Assembly (NCBI GenBank): GCA_052168235.1
Contig: JBQLZK010000009.1
Location: forward strand, 66,827-130,826
Source: Thainema sp.
GTDB taxonomy: Bacteria; Cyanobacteriota; Cyanobacteriia; Phormidesmidales; Phormidesmidaceae
DNA: 64,000 nt
Reading direction: 5' to 3'
Part shown: positions 41,620-53,400 of the stretch, piece by piece
Layout: every line of letters begins with the position of its first letter
How positions within the stretch are numbered: the stretch's first letter is position 1
Notes under the pieces: generated by a model
Told to the model about the DNA's origin: nothing
The model's database searches: none
Seen by the model: the letters and a program-made list of their open reading frames with translations, nothing else
Position numbers and translations under genes: made by a program

Positions 41620-42888
41620 ATGGTTATCTCATCATCGGTAGGGGCGATCTCCACCCCCCAATTACTAAGCCAGAAAGGATATTACGGCGAGTTTGGCGGA
41701 CGCTTTACGCCTGAGATTTTGCATGAAACATTGGAGGCAGTCACCGCTGCCTATGAAGCTGCCAGACAGGATCAGGCGTTTTGGAATGAGTTTGTCGCCT
41801 TGTTATCTAACTATTCTGGTCGTCCGACATCCCTCACCTATGCCGAAGGTTTAACGCGTTACCTAGGGGGTGCCAAAATTTTCATCAAGCGAGAAGACTT
41901 AAACCATACCGGTTCACACAAATTGAATAACGGGCTGGGGCAAATGCTGCTGGCTAAACGGATGGGCAAGACGCGAGTGATCGCAGAAACAGGCGCGGGT
42001 CAACATGGCGTCGCAACGGCCACGCTTGCCGCCAAGTTCGGACTCCGCTGCACCATTTACATGGGGGCGATCGATGTTGACCGGCAATATCCGAATGTGT
42101 TCTGGATGCGAAAGTTGGGGGCAGAGGTCGTCCCTGTTTCATCTGGAACTCAAACGCTCAAAGATGCGATGAATGAAGCGTTGCGGGATTGGTCTACTCA
42201 CATGGACACCACGCACTACGTCATCGGAACCGCCTGTGGGCCGCATCCGTTTCCAGAAATGGTCGCTTGGTTTCAATCGGTGATTGGACTGGAAGCGCGA
42301 TCGCAAATTCTGCAACAGGCTGAAACCTTACCGACAGCCGTTTATGCCTGTGTCGGAGGAGGCTCCAATGCGATCGGGATTTTTAGTGGATTTCTGGATG
42401 ATGCAGGGGTGCAGTTAGTGGGCGTAGAAGCAGGGGGATTGGGCATCCATACACCGCATCATGCCTCGCGCTTAGCAGCATCTGATGCATCTGTTGGAAT
42501 TGCTCAGGGGTACAAAACCTATTTTCTGCAAAACCAGGATGGACAAATGCAGGATACCCATTCTGTCGCAGCAGGGCTTGACTACATTGGTGTTTCACCT
42601 CTTCTGGCTCACTTGACTCAAACGGATCGCATTAACGTTAAGGCCGCAACCGATGCAGAAGTGCTTGAAGCGTGTCAGTTGTGCATGAGTCAAGAAGGAT
42701 TAATTCCTGCTCTGGAATCGGCTCATGCGTTTGTTCAAGCCTTCAAAGATGCACCCCACTACACGTCCAATGACTGCATTGTGATTAATCAATCCGGACG
42801 TGGTGATAAAGATATTTTCACAATCGCCAATGCTTTTGGTGATACTGAGTGGAAATCATTTTTAAGCAATCAAGTATCCTCATTCTAA
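41620..42888 (+). CDS. trpB: Tryptophan synthase beta chain
   Basis: KREDLNHTGSHKLNN, AETGAGQHG, CVGGGSNA and PALESAHA motifs. Confidence 0.95.
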   Translation: MVISSSVGAISTPQLLSQKGYYGEFGGRFTPEILHETLEAVTAAYEAARQDQAFWNEFVALLSNYSGRPTSLTYAEGLTRYLGGAKIFIKREDLNHTGSHKLNNGLGQMLLAKRMGKTRVIAETGAGQHGVATATLAAKFGLRCTIYMGAIDVDRQYPNVFWMRKLGAEVVPVSSGTQTLKDAMNEALRDWSTHMDTTHYVIGTACGPHPFPEMVAWFQSVIGLEARSQILQQAETLPTAVYACVGGGSNAIGIFSGFLDDAGVQLVGVEAGGLGIHTPHHASRLAASDASVGIAQGYKTYFLQNQDGQMQDTHSVAAGLDYIGVSPLLAHLTQTDRINVKAATDAEVLEACQLCMSQEGLIPALESAHAFVQAFKDAPHYTSNDCIVINQSGRGDKDIFTIANAFGDTEWKSFLSNQVSSF

Positions 42889-42913
42889 TAGTAAAAATAA
42901 GGTATTAAAGAAG

Positions 42914-43888
<975 letters not shown>

Positions 43889-43919
43889 TCAATATCTTGA
43901 AGACTAAGTACATAAGAAC

Positions 43920-44471
43920 TCATTTACGCACCTCATAGCGCAATTCGACCATGCCGTTGCCAAGCTGCTGGACAGACATTAAACACAGATTTGGACTCAG
44001 CACCCGACGAGGAAATAGCGGCTTACCTTTGCCAAGCGTAACCGACCCAATTTGGATGATGAGTTCGTCTAAAAGACCAACATCGTAGAACTGACCTGCG
44101 AGATCTCCTCCCCCGACAATCCAGATATTCTTCTCTCCTGCGGCAATTTGCATTTCAGCATGAATATCGCGCACATCACCTTTGACAAAATGTAGGTTTG
44201 CACCTTCGATGAGCGGCAGTGTGCGACTGGAAAATATCCAAGCTGGCTGGGTGTAGGGCCACGGTGAGCCGACCTCGGCAACGACCTGTTCTGCGTTGCG
44301 GAGCATCCACTCATAAGTAGTAGACCCCATTGCCAACGCACCGACATTCGCAATGAATTCTGGATAGCTAGAGTGATTGAGATCGCCAAGTGGAAATAGC
44401 CAGTCTAGTGAGTCATCTTCGGTTGCAATAAATCCATCCAGACTGGTCGCTGTAAAGTACTGAGTTTTCAT
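43920..44471 (-). CDS. Dihydrofolate reductase/RibD C-terminal family protein
   Basis: ATSLDGFIA, MGSTTYE, IWIVGGG and LGKGKPLF motifs; GAGGAGG before ATG 44471. Confidence 0.9.
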   Translation of the reverse strand: MKTQYFTATSLDGFIATEDDSLDWLFPLGDLNHSSYPEFIANVGALAMGSTTYEWMLRNAEQVVAEVGSPWPYTQPAWIFSSRTLPLIEGANLHFVKGDVRDIHAEMQIAAGEKNIWIVGGGDLAGQFYDVGLLDELIIQIGSVTLGKGKPLFPRRVLSPNLCLMSVQQLGNGMVELRYEVRK

Positions 44472-44636
44472 GACCTGCACCTCCTCAAAAGGCTCTTTAC
44501 CCAATCGTTGTTTATGATGCCACCTGCTCAGTGATCCATTGCACCAGTTGCAACCTCCATCACCCAACTTGATACGGTCGGTGTGCAACGAGATTGTTGG
44601 ATGGCTCCTCGCTGCCATTGCAGGGTTGAGTATTGC

Positions 44637-45275
44637 TCAGTCTGCCGCAGCAAAATGCGCCATCTGGTCTGCGTGTGCCTTCATAAATGAGGGGCGTGCC
44701 GTGGCGCGCGCAACATAGTCATGGCAAGCAGGATATACCGTCAACCCGTCGAATCGATCAACCAGGCGCAGCACATCCGCCATGAGAATATCGGCAATCG
44801 AGAAGGTTTCGACCAACCATTCGCGTCCGGCCAAGACGTTTTCCATGTGCTGGAGCCGAGCCTCAAGGAAGCTCTCAAAAAACTGCCGCATGGGAGTTTC
44901 GTCGGTGTCACCTGAGAACTGGAAGAAGGACCAGGGCTGACTGGCGGCTTCGACTGAAGCAAGAGCTGCGAATAGCCACTGCTTGACATCATTGCGATCG
45001 TGCGGCTCAGTAGGCATCAGCTTGCTGCTCAGTTCGCCCAGATGAAGCAGGATGGCACCACTCTCGAAAATAGAGAGGTCTCCATCGGTTAACCACGGCA
45101 CCTGCCCGAAGGGTTGGTGCGAGAAATGATCGCTGCCGCGATCTCGAAATGGCACACTATTGACGCGATAGGGTAACCCAGCCTCTTCCAGTGCCCAACG
45201 CACGCGTAAGTCGCGCACATAGCCTCGCGGAGCTTCGGGAACCCAATCGAACGTGGTGAGAATCAGATCGGTCAT
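44637..45275 (-). CDS. Glutathione S-transferase family protein
   Basis: RVRWALEEAGLPY, QPFGQVP, FESGAIL and FSIADI motifs. Confidence 0.92.
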   Translation of the reverse strand: MTDLILTTFDWVPEAPRGYVRDLRVRWALEEAGLPYRVNSVPFRDRGSDHFSHQPFGQVPWLTDGDLSIFESGAILLHLGELSSKLMPTEPHDRNDVKQWLFAALASVEAASQPWSFFQFSGDTDETPMRQFFESFLEARLQHMENVLAGREWLVETFSIADILMADVLRLVDRFDGLTVYPACHDYVARATARPSFMKAHADQMAHFAAAD

Positions 45276-45427
45276 TCAGTGAACCCTCACGCTTAAATAA
45301 CGGTATGTTATGTCGTTTGAAAGTCTTGCCCTTTGGACGTTACAGTTGAAGGAGTGCAGCAGGCCAGTCTTTTGTTCGTCTTCACGGATGGTGTTGAGTA
45401 ACTAGCAATGGGTATTCATCCTGTCAT

Positions 45428-45805
45428 TCAAATGGTCTGTTGAGCCTGTCGTGAAGCCGCGATCGCATGAACAGCAGTCATCAGCACCAGCCAGAAGCCT
45501 GTATCGATATCCAGGACAATGCCGAAAATGGCAATTGCCAGCAGTCCCCAACCCACAAACGATGGTAGGGGTAGGGCTAATTGATGTTCGATCCAGTAGC
45601 ACAGCAGGCCGAAAAGGATGAGCAAAAAACCTGGTGTCAACAACCAGTAGTAGCCCCAGATGCTTAAGGAGTCTGGGCTTGCAGCATCAACGACTCCGGC
45701 AGCAGCAATGTCCTGCCAGATGTTGCTGAAACCGAAAAATCCCGGCATCAGGAGCGCTAGCAGGGAGTGAAGCAGACCAATGCCCATCAAAGCGAAGCCG
45801 GTCAT
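45428..45805 (-). CDS. Small membrane protein
   Basis: Several hydrophobic helices; IGLLH and TGFWL motifs. Confidence 0.6.
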   Translation of the reverse strand: MTGFALMGIGLLHSLLALLMPGFFGFSNIWQDIAAAGVVDAASPDSLSIWGYYWLLTPGFLLILFGLLCYWIEHQLALPLPSFVGWGLLAIAIFGIVLDIDTGFWLVLMTAVHAIAASRQAQQTI

Positions 45806-45828
45806 TTTTCTTATAGTGATTGTTTCCC

Positions 45829-46314
45829 TCAAGCTAGGGTGATGAGTAGCGCAACCAGGCTCAAAAGCCCGAAGACGGCTCTGGCGACGTGGGAATATTC
45901 CCAGCGATCGCGCAACTCCGTCCAAACGGGGGTGTCCGTTTCGCTGGAAGAGCGGGTGCCAAAGGTGAAAAAACCAGAGCTAAAGCGATCGAGGCTTTCC
46001 CCTTCGACCCAAAACTGATTCACCGGATGGGTGATTAGCCAGTACACCGCCTGCATACCGATGAGTCCGATCAGCGCCAGGAGCGTCAGCCAAAACTCGG
46101 CGCTACCGGCTGGCGTTAGCCATAGCAGGGTTGCCGTCAAGATAATGCTGACTGGCTCGCTGATGCCCCCATCGTAAAGCCGGGATAGTAGATAGTTTGG
46201 GTAGCATAGTAGGTTTCCTGATTGAGCCTCATTTTTCCGGGTAATTCCAGCGCGTGGGCTAGAGCCAGCGAGCTCAACCAGCAATGTCGTCGTAATTTGC
46301 AGTAGGTTAAACAC
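45829..46314 (-). pseudogene. DUF1772-like membrane protein gene with two apparent compensating frameshifts
   Basis: The family-like segment LALAHALELPGKMRL..QTIYYPGFT is in a different frame from the N- and C-termini (THPVNQFW, LRDRWEYSHVAR). Confidence 0.6.
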
Positions 46315-46471
46315 GATTGATTTCTCTCTACATCATCCATATGTTGGCTTCTGTGGCCAATCGGCAGGTAAATCCTCAACATCCTCCTGCCAACCATAGG
46401 ACATATTCATGGAGTAGTCGTTTGAAAAAGGGGGGGATCGACAAGGGAACGAAAATTTTCAACCCAATTCT

Positions 46472-46663
46472 CTAGGTAGATGAGAATTTGTCTTGAATCA
46501 GCTTTTTGTAAAAAAGTTGATCTGATTCACCTCCCTGTTCAGCTAACGGTCTGGCCCGTTCTGGGGAGCGAGTTACCGCGACGACCTCATGTCCTTGAGC
46601 CAGCAACTGGGTCATCAGCGGACAACCGATCGCCCCTGTCGCTCCTGCAACAAAAATTTTCAT
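46472..46663 (-). pseudogene. Truncated NAD-dependent epimerase/dehydratase
   Basis: MKIFVAGATGAIG Rossmann start; similarity is lost after about 45 aa. Confidence 0.8.
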
Positions 46664-46701
46664 CTATTGAATCTTAAAGACAGTAAAACATTCACCCATA
46701 A

Positions 46702-46728
46702 GACGAGATAGCCTCATCGGTTGTGACA
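46702..46728 (-). promoter_or_regulatory. ECF41-type promoter TGTCACA-N16-CGTC
   Basis: Exact motif and 16-nt spacing upstream of an epimerase gene, a typical ECF41 target class. Confidence 0.65.
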
Positions 46729-46827
46729 AGTCGCCAAAATTCGGGTGCTGTTTCCTTGGCCGGAAGGATAGGCAGCAACTACTTCATCCGTTACGCTGAG
46801 AGTGTTTTGGAGCTATCACGAATTTAG

Positions 46828-47304
46828 TTGCAATCGCACCGTGCTGATCTCGATTTTGGCAATGGCGAACGGGTCACGCTGCGTGACATCGGTGAATGGT
46901 CGCTGCCGCAGACTGACCTGGTTGTCCTGAGTGCCTGTGAAACGGCTGTGAGTGAAGAACTGGGCAACGGGGAAGAGATCCTCGGCTTTGGCTACCAGAT
47001 GCAGCGGATTGGCGTGGAAGCTGCGATCTCATCGCTGTGGCAAGTGAGCGATGGGGGAACGCAAGTGCTGATGAATACGCTGTATGCCTCATTGCAAGAT
47101 GGTCACAGTACCGCAGCAGCTTTACAACAAGCACAGATGGCGTTAATCGCAGGCGAATGTTACGGGGTAGAAAACTGCGATCTCAGTTTTCCAAGAGGTA
47201 TTGCGGTAATTGGAATTGAGCCAAATCAGCCATCATCTGTCAGCACCAACCTGAGCCATCCCTACTACTGGGCACCGTTCATTCTGATTGGCAATGGCTT
47301 ATAA
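46828..47304 (+). pseudogene. C-terminal fragment of a CHAT-domain protein
   Basis: LVVLSACETA, SSLWQVSD and HPYYWAPFILIGN motifs; the N-terminal part is absent. Confidence 0.85.
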
Positions 47305-47344
47305 CATTAGTGTTGATGGCCCCCCCAAATCCTGACCAGATGTC

Positions 47345-47388
47345 TATTCGTGTTGTTTCTGCCACATTTTACAGGAGTAACACGAATA
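47345..47388. repeat. Dispersed site 4: ATTCGTGT-N26-ACACGAAT
   Basis: TATTCGTGTT / AACACGAATA. Confidence 0.9.
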
Positions 47389-47439
47389 AACTGATTTGCT
47401 AGGTGCATTAGAGCAGTGCGATCTCATCTTCAACTCCTG

Positions 47440-48303
47440 CTATCTCAAGCTTTCACAAGCAACTCTATCATCATCTCCATCGAGTCGATGTGGATCACCA
47501 GGAGAGGACTCCAGTACATCTTGAGCCTGTCTCCAACTGGAAAAATCGCCACAGTCGCAGTCACTGTTGATGCAGGCAGGCAAGTCTGCCGCAGCGGTCG
47601 GTGATGGTTCAGTCGCTGAAGGGGCAGAAGGTGAAACGGCTGGAGTGGACGAAGCGGTTACTGGGCGTTTTCCTTGGCGATAGTCCCAGGGCTTAATGAA
47701 TGCTAAGTCACCCCAGACTCCCTTGCCAGTTGATCGGGCTCGTTCTTCTGCCGCCAGTAACTCATCTGCATTGTTGCCACAGTTACTTAGATATTGGGTG
47801 TAGACCACGGCATCGCCTGACTCCAGCATTTGCAGATTGATAAAATTGCCTTCTGCCGTATATACCTCAGCGACTGTGCGCCCATACGCATCCTGATCCA
47901 CGACGTTGAGCTGTATTTGTCCCGATATCAAACTGGATAGTCGCTCAGTGGCATCTGCACCATGTGGTGCCTGAGCTGACTCTGGCGAATCGATACAGGC
48001 TAACCTCACGGTAATCGTCTCGCCATCGCGAAAAGCGTCGATCGTGTCGCCATCATAAATTTTTGACACTGTGTAAAGTGGTTCGGTATTTGTCTCTTCA
48101 TCTACAGCAGTTGGTGCTTGAGATGATGGAGATGCTGTGTTCTGAGCTGTATCTGTAGAGATTGATGGACTAACTGGCCGGTTATCCGCAACATCTGCAT
48201 TGTAACTGTTAATGACAGCAAAAATGATCAACGCTAGCCCCATTCCAACGACAGCTAGGCTAGAGAGAATCAGCCATTTATAGTGATACCAGCGTTGAAA
48301 CAT
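47440..48303 (-). CDS. Membrane-anchored thermonuclease (SNase) with a C-terminal excalibur-like Ca-binding domain
   Basis: IYDGDTI, VRLACIDSPE, DAYGRTVA and DCDCGDF..LDGDDDRVACE motifs. Confidence 0.9.
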   Translation of the reverse strand: MFQRWYHYKWLILSSLAVVGMGLALIIFAVINSYNADVADNRPVSPSISTDTAQNTASPSSQAPTAVDEETNTEPLYTVSKIYDGDTIDAFRDGETITVRLACIDSPESAQAPHGADATERLSSLISGQIQLNVVDQDAYGRTVAEVYTAEGNFINLQMLESGDAVVYTQYLSNCGNNADELLAAEERARSTGKGVWGDLAFIKPWDYRQGKRPVTASSTPAVSPSAPSATEPSPTAAADLPACINSDCDCGDFSSWRQAQDVLESSPGDPHRLDGDDDRVACESLR

Positions 48304-48345
48304 AAGTCGATATGAGTTTCGGTCGAAAGATTGCGCCTGTCTAGT

Positions 48346-48700
48346 TTACTGTTCAGCTTTACCTAGCAGCGCTTGTTCAAGTTCCCGTGCGCTGTGCCGA
48401 TCGCCTAGCTCTAGAAAATCAAAGACATATTCATCCCGAACCGCTAGGTTAGCTTGATTTCGCAGTGACTCTGGCAGCGTCTCGGCAAAGTTAGTCTGGT
48501 TCAATAGCGTCTTTTCATAGGACTGGTTCTCGATCTGATGAATCAAAACGCTCTTTGTCCATCCATATTTGCGAGTCATGCGGATGTAGAACTCTCGCTC
48601 CAGATCATCCTTACACTTCTCGATAATGACCAGGTTATGGCTTCAACCAATTTCTCGCACGAGTGGTGCGAGTTTTTCAGAACGCTCATAGGTTTCATAG
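48346..48700 (-). pseudogene. Internal fragment of a second DUF1016 gene
   Basis: MTRKYGWTKSVLIHQIENQSYE..DEYVFDFLEL..RELEQALL is homologous to 33798..34862. The upstream boundary is approximate. Confidence 0.8.
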
Positions 48701-48933
48701 AAGAGTTTCATCCGCATCTCGATTCATTGCTCCACCTCGCTCCATCTTAAATATCGGTATCGGCTGCTTCGGTAGCTTCTTATCAGATAGTTTGCCGAGT
48801 TCTGCGAGCGGCTTGAGCTAAACGACAGACGCATCAACTGCGATCGCATCTGCATCCGCTAGGGAGAGATGAAGAAGATGGGGTATTTGAGGTGCGATCG
48901 CAGATCTATTCGATAACTCGGTCGGCTCAAACA

Positions 48934-50043
48934 TTAAATCGATTCTCCTGCTACTACGACTGGCTCTACAAATGGAAGACTGAGCTGCTGATATTCAATC
49001 GGCTGAGTACTGGTCAGATTAGAAATGGTAATCCCTAATAGCCGCACCTTAGCTCCGGGCTGCACATTCTCTTGCAGCAACGCTTTCGCCGTTTGATAGA
49101 TCCGGGTTGCGTCCCGAAATGGAGTCGGTTGGGTACAGCTGCGTGTCATCTGCTGATAATCGGCAGACTTCACCTTCAGCGTTAGCGTATAGCCATAGCG
49201 CTGATGCCTCATTAACCGCTGCTCAACCTGATGCGCAATCTCATCCAGTTCCTGGCACATCTGCTCTATCTCACTCAAGTCTTCATAGAACGACTGCTCG
49301 GCTCCCACCGACTTACGGATGCGATTGGGATTGACGGGTCGATGATCTTGCCCGCGTGCCACCTGATAATAGAATCGACCCACTTTGCCAAAGTGACGCA
49401 CCAGAGACTCTTCCGGCCACTGCTTTAGATCGGCTCCCGTGTGAATACCCAACGCCTGCATCTTTTGCGCCGTCACCTGACCAATGCCATAGAACTGGCG
49501 GATGGGAAGTGCTTCCACAAAGGATGCCGATTGTTCAGGTGGAATGAGGGATAGCCCATCCGGTTTATCTAAATCTGAAGCAATCTTGGCCAAGAACTTG
49601 TTAATCGATACTCCTGCTGATGCCGTGAGTCGAGTTTCGCGCAGAATATCCCGCTTAATCTGACGTGCGATCGCCATTGCCGACGCGCAGTCAATTTTAT
49701 TCTGCGTCACATCCAAGTAGGCTTCGTCTAGAGATAACGGCTCAATCAGATCGGTATAGCGATGAAAGACGGCCCGGATTTGCTGAGAGACTTGGCGATA
49801 CACCTCAAAGCGAGGTTTGACAAAGATGAGATGGGGACAGCGCTGCACGGCAATTCGAGACGGCAAAGCGGAATGAATGCCGTAGCGACGTGCTTCATAG
49901 CTGGCGGCGGCTACGGCTCCCCGTTGCTCGGGTCGTCCACCCACCACAATCGGGCGATCTCGATAGGCCGGATGGTCGCGCTGCTCAATGGAGGTGTAGA
50001 ACGCGTCCATATCGACATGAATGATTTTGCGAATCGGTTCCAT
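48934..50043 (-). CDS. dinB: DNA polymerase IV
   Basis: IIHVDMDAFY, SYEARRYGI, SLDEAYLD and KIASDLDKPDG motifs. Confidence 0.96.
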   Translation of the reverse strand: MEPIRKIIHVDMDAFYTSIEQRDHPAYRDRPIVVGGRPEQRGAVAAASYEARRYGIHSALPSRIAVQRCPHLIFVKPRFEVYRQVSQQIRAVFHRYTDLIEPLSLDEAYLDVTQNKIDCASAMAIARQIKRDILRETRLTASAGVSINKFLAKIASDLDKPDGLSLIPPEQSASFVEALPIRQFYGIGQVTAQKMQALGIHTGADLKQWPEESLVRHFGKVGRFYYQVARGQDHRPVNPNRIRKSVGAEQSFYEDLSEIEQMCQELDEIAHQVEQRLMRHQRYGYTLTLKVKSADYQQMTRSCTQPTPFRDATRIYQTAKALLQENVQPGAKVRLLGITISNLTSTQPIEYQQLSLPFVEPVVVAGESI

Positions 50044-50325
50044 TGCCCGATCTCAAAACAGTGTGGAGAGCCCTAGCATTTTGTTGTGCTAGAGCTCCAC
50101 TATTTTAGTTGATGCATACTGCATTTATCTACATAGTTGCCTGCTTAGCCCAGCTGATCAGCAGCTTTAGGCTCTGTTGCAATGAATAAGATCCGTCTCC
50201 AGACGCGTCGTTGACTCAAGTGGGCCGACTGCATGTGACGATAGAACGCTATTTGAACAGTTTCAAGCAGAAGTGGACTTTCAGCAAGTAAGGAGGAAAG
50301 TCTTACTGCTGTCATTTCTCTGGTT

Positions 50326-50363
50326 CAATAAGGTGAGAGTACAGTAATGCTCTCACCTTATTG
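50326..50363. terminator. 14-bp stem hairpin downstream of the giant protein gene
   Basis: CAATAAGGTGAGAG / CTCTCACCTTATTG. Confidence 0.55.
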
Positions 50364-50418
50364 GATCTCATGGTTTAAGAGTCAGTTGGCCAAGCTTATC
50401 GGCGGATAGCTGTTGGCC

Positions 50419-53400
50419 TCAAACAACTACATCCCAAGCTAAATCAAATACAGTTGGTGAAATAGACCCTGTATTGGTGACACTGCCATTATCAATAGAC
50501 CAAGTTGTAATCTGTCCGCCAAACAGTATGCTGTGGTTACGCCACAGCAAATCATCCGTGTAGCCATCGCCATCAAAATCGCTGACACCTTCAATTCGCC
50601 AGTTCGCTCCCATTGTTGGTAGTGTAGTCACCGTATTTTCGACGATCAAACCATCTGTCTCCCAAATCGTGTTTTGACCTGTTTGGCGGTTGCGCCAAAC
50701 AATATCATCAATGTTGCCATTCGCTTCAAAGTCTCCAACACCTTGGGCTTGCCAGTCAGTGTCAACTGTCCCAAAATCAAGATTTCCAGTTTTAGTCGCA
50801 CCATCCATTGTCCAGACAATCGTGCTACCGTTACCCTGATGTTGCCAAAGGATGTCATCCACATAGCCAGAATGGTCAAAATCGCCGATACCCTGAATTG
50901 TCCAATCGGTATTTGTAACGGTATCAAGCGTGGCATTACCAACCTTATTGAGACCATCCATGAACCAGATAACATTTTGGCCATTAACAGTATTACGCCA
51001 GAGGATATCGTCTCGATTACCATCTTTGTCGTAGTCACCAACACCTGCAGTAATCCAACTGGAACTTGAAACAGTGTCGCTCGTAGAACCACTACTCAGT
51101 CTATTCTGTCCATCTGTGAACCAAATGCTGGTTAATCCACGACTGGCATTGCGCCAGACTAAGTCGGGCAGGTCATCCCCATTAAAATCGGTTTTGCTAT
51201 CATCAGTTCCGTTGACTGTAATAACGATATCCTGAGCAGTTCCGTCATCTGTTGTCACAGTAAACGTCTCCGTGACAGCATTACCGTCAATCAAAACATT
51301 AGTATCCTCATCAGCATTATTTAGCGTATAAAGCCAATTACCTTGAGCGTCGATGCTGAAGCTGCCATACATACCAACAGTATGAGTTTGAGCTGTAAAA
51401 CCAACTGTGGAATCTATATCGCTCGCACTGAGGCTACCTGTAACACTACTAGTTGATGCATCTTCAGTCACACTCCCTACTGCGTCACCTGTAATGACAG
51501 CCGGATCATTAATATTCTCGATTGTTAGCTCAAAGGTATCAGAAGACGTTGCATCGGCCTGATCAGTGGCTGTAACGGTGATTGATAGGACACCAACATT
51601 CTCATTGAGAGGAGTACCACTGAAGTTGTTGCCATCAAAGCTTAGCCAAGACGGCAACGGTGTGCCGTCAGCGAGAGTTGCAACCAAAGTTAAAGGGTCG
51701 TTTACGTCAATATCGCTAAAGGTATCTGACGGAATCGTATAACTGAATATCTCATCTTCGATTGCCGTTTGATTACTTAGCTCATTCGCAACAGTCGGTG
51801 CATCATTGACAGGAGTAACCGAGAAACTGCGAAAAACACCTGTGATGTCGCCACCATTACTATCAGTTACGGTGTAAGTCAGAGTAACAGTCCCGTTGAA
51901 GTTTGCATTTGGTGAAAAGGTATAGGTGCCATCACCGTTATCAATAACGCTACCCTCATCAGAGGTTAGCCCAATGACCAATAGGACATCACCATCTGGA
52001 TCGCTGAAACCTTCAAGCAGGGTGCTGAGCTGAATGATGAGATCGTTATCCTCTAATGTGTTAGACACTGTACCTGATGCCGTGCCTGTTGGAGAATCGT
52101 TAGTGTTTGCAATAGTCAAGTTAAAGGTATCAGAAGTGGTTGCTCCTGACTGATCCGTCGCGATAACCGTAATCGATAAGACACCAACATCCGCGTTAAG
52201 AGGAGTACCACTGAAACTGCTGCCGTCAAAGCTCAGCCAGGAGGGTAGCGGTGTACCGTCGGCTAGAGTAGCGCTGAACGTTAGCGAGTCACCCGCATCA
52301 ACATCACTGAATGCATTAACTGGAATGGTGTAGCTAAATACTTCATCCTCTATCGCTGTTTGATGACTGAATTCATTCGCAACAGCGGGCGCATCATTGA
52401 CAGACGTAACCGAGAAAGTATGAGTAACTCCTGTGATGTCACCACCATTGTTATCAGTGACGGTATAGGTCAGAGTCACTCTGCCGTTATAGTCAGCATC
52501 AGGGGAGAACGTATAGGTGCCGTCATTGTTGTCCATCAGGGTGCCGACATCAGCGGTCAATCCACTCACGGATAAAGTGTCGCCATCTGCATCAGTAAAG
52601 CCCTCAAGTAGAGTGCTAAGTTGAATGATGAGATCGTTATCTTCTGCGGTATCGGGGACTATACTAGTCGCTACACCAGTTGGTGCGTCATTGACGTTTT
52701 CTACAACTAAATCAAAAGTATTTGAAATCGTGTCACCTGATTGATCAATAGCTGTAATCGTAATTGAGAGGACACCAACATCCGCGTTAAGAGGTATACC
52801 AGTGAAGCTGTTACCGTCAAAACTCAGCCAAGTCGGTAGTGGTGCGCCGTCAGCGAGAGTTGCATCCAAAGTTAAAGAATCGTTTGAGTCAATATCGCTA
52901 AAGGTATCTGACGGAATTGTGTAACTGAAAACTTCATCTTCGGTTGCGGTTTGATCACTTAGCTCATTCGCAACAGTCGGTGCATCATTGACAGAGGTTA
53001 CCGAGAAACTACGAGAAACACCTGTGATGTCGCCACCATTACTGTCAGTTACGGTATAAGTCAGCGTGACACTGCCGTTGAAGTCAGCATCTGGTGAGAA
53101 GGTAAAGGTGCCATCATTGTTATCGACCATCGTACCTGCATCAGATGTCAATCCACTAACTGATAGCGCATCACTTTCTGGATCACTGAAACCTTCAAGC
53201 AAGGTGCTGAGCTGAATGATGAGGTCAGTGTCTTCTGTGGTATCAGGCACGATACCTGTTGCTGTACCAGTTGGGGCATCATTGATGTTCTCAATAACCA
53301 AATCAAAGGTATTAGAAGTGATTGCCCCTAATTGATCAGTGGCGATAACCGTGATTGATAGGACACCCACATCCTCGTTGAAAGGAGTACCCGTGAAGCG

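Noticed and set aside
50044..50140. LexA box upstream of dinB
   Set aside because: No convincing match to the cyanobacterial RGTAC-N4-GTWC pattern.
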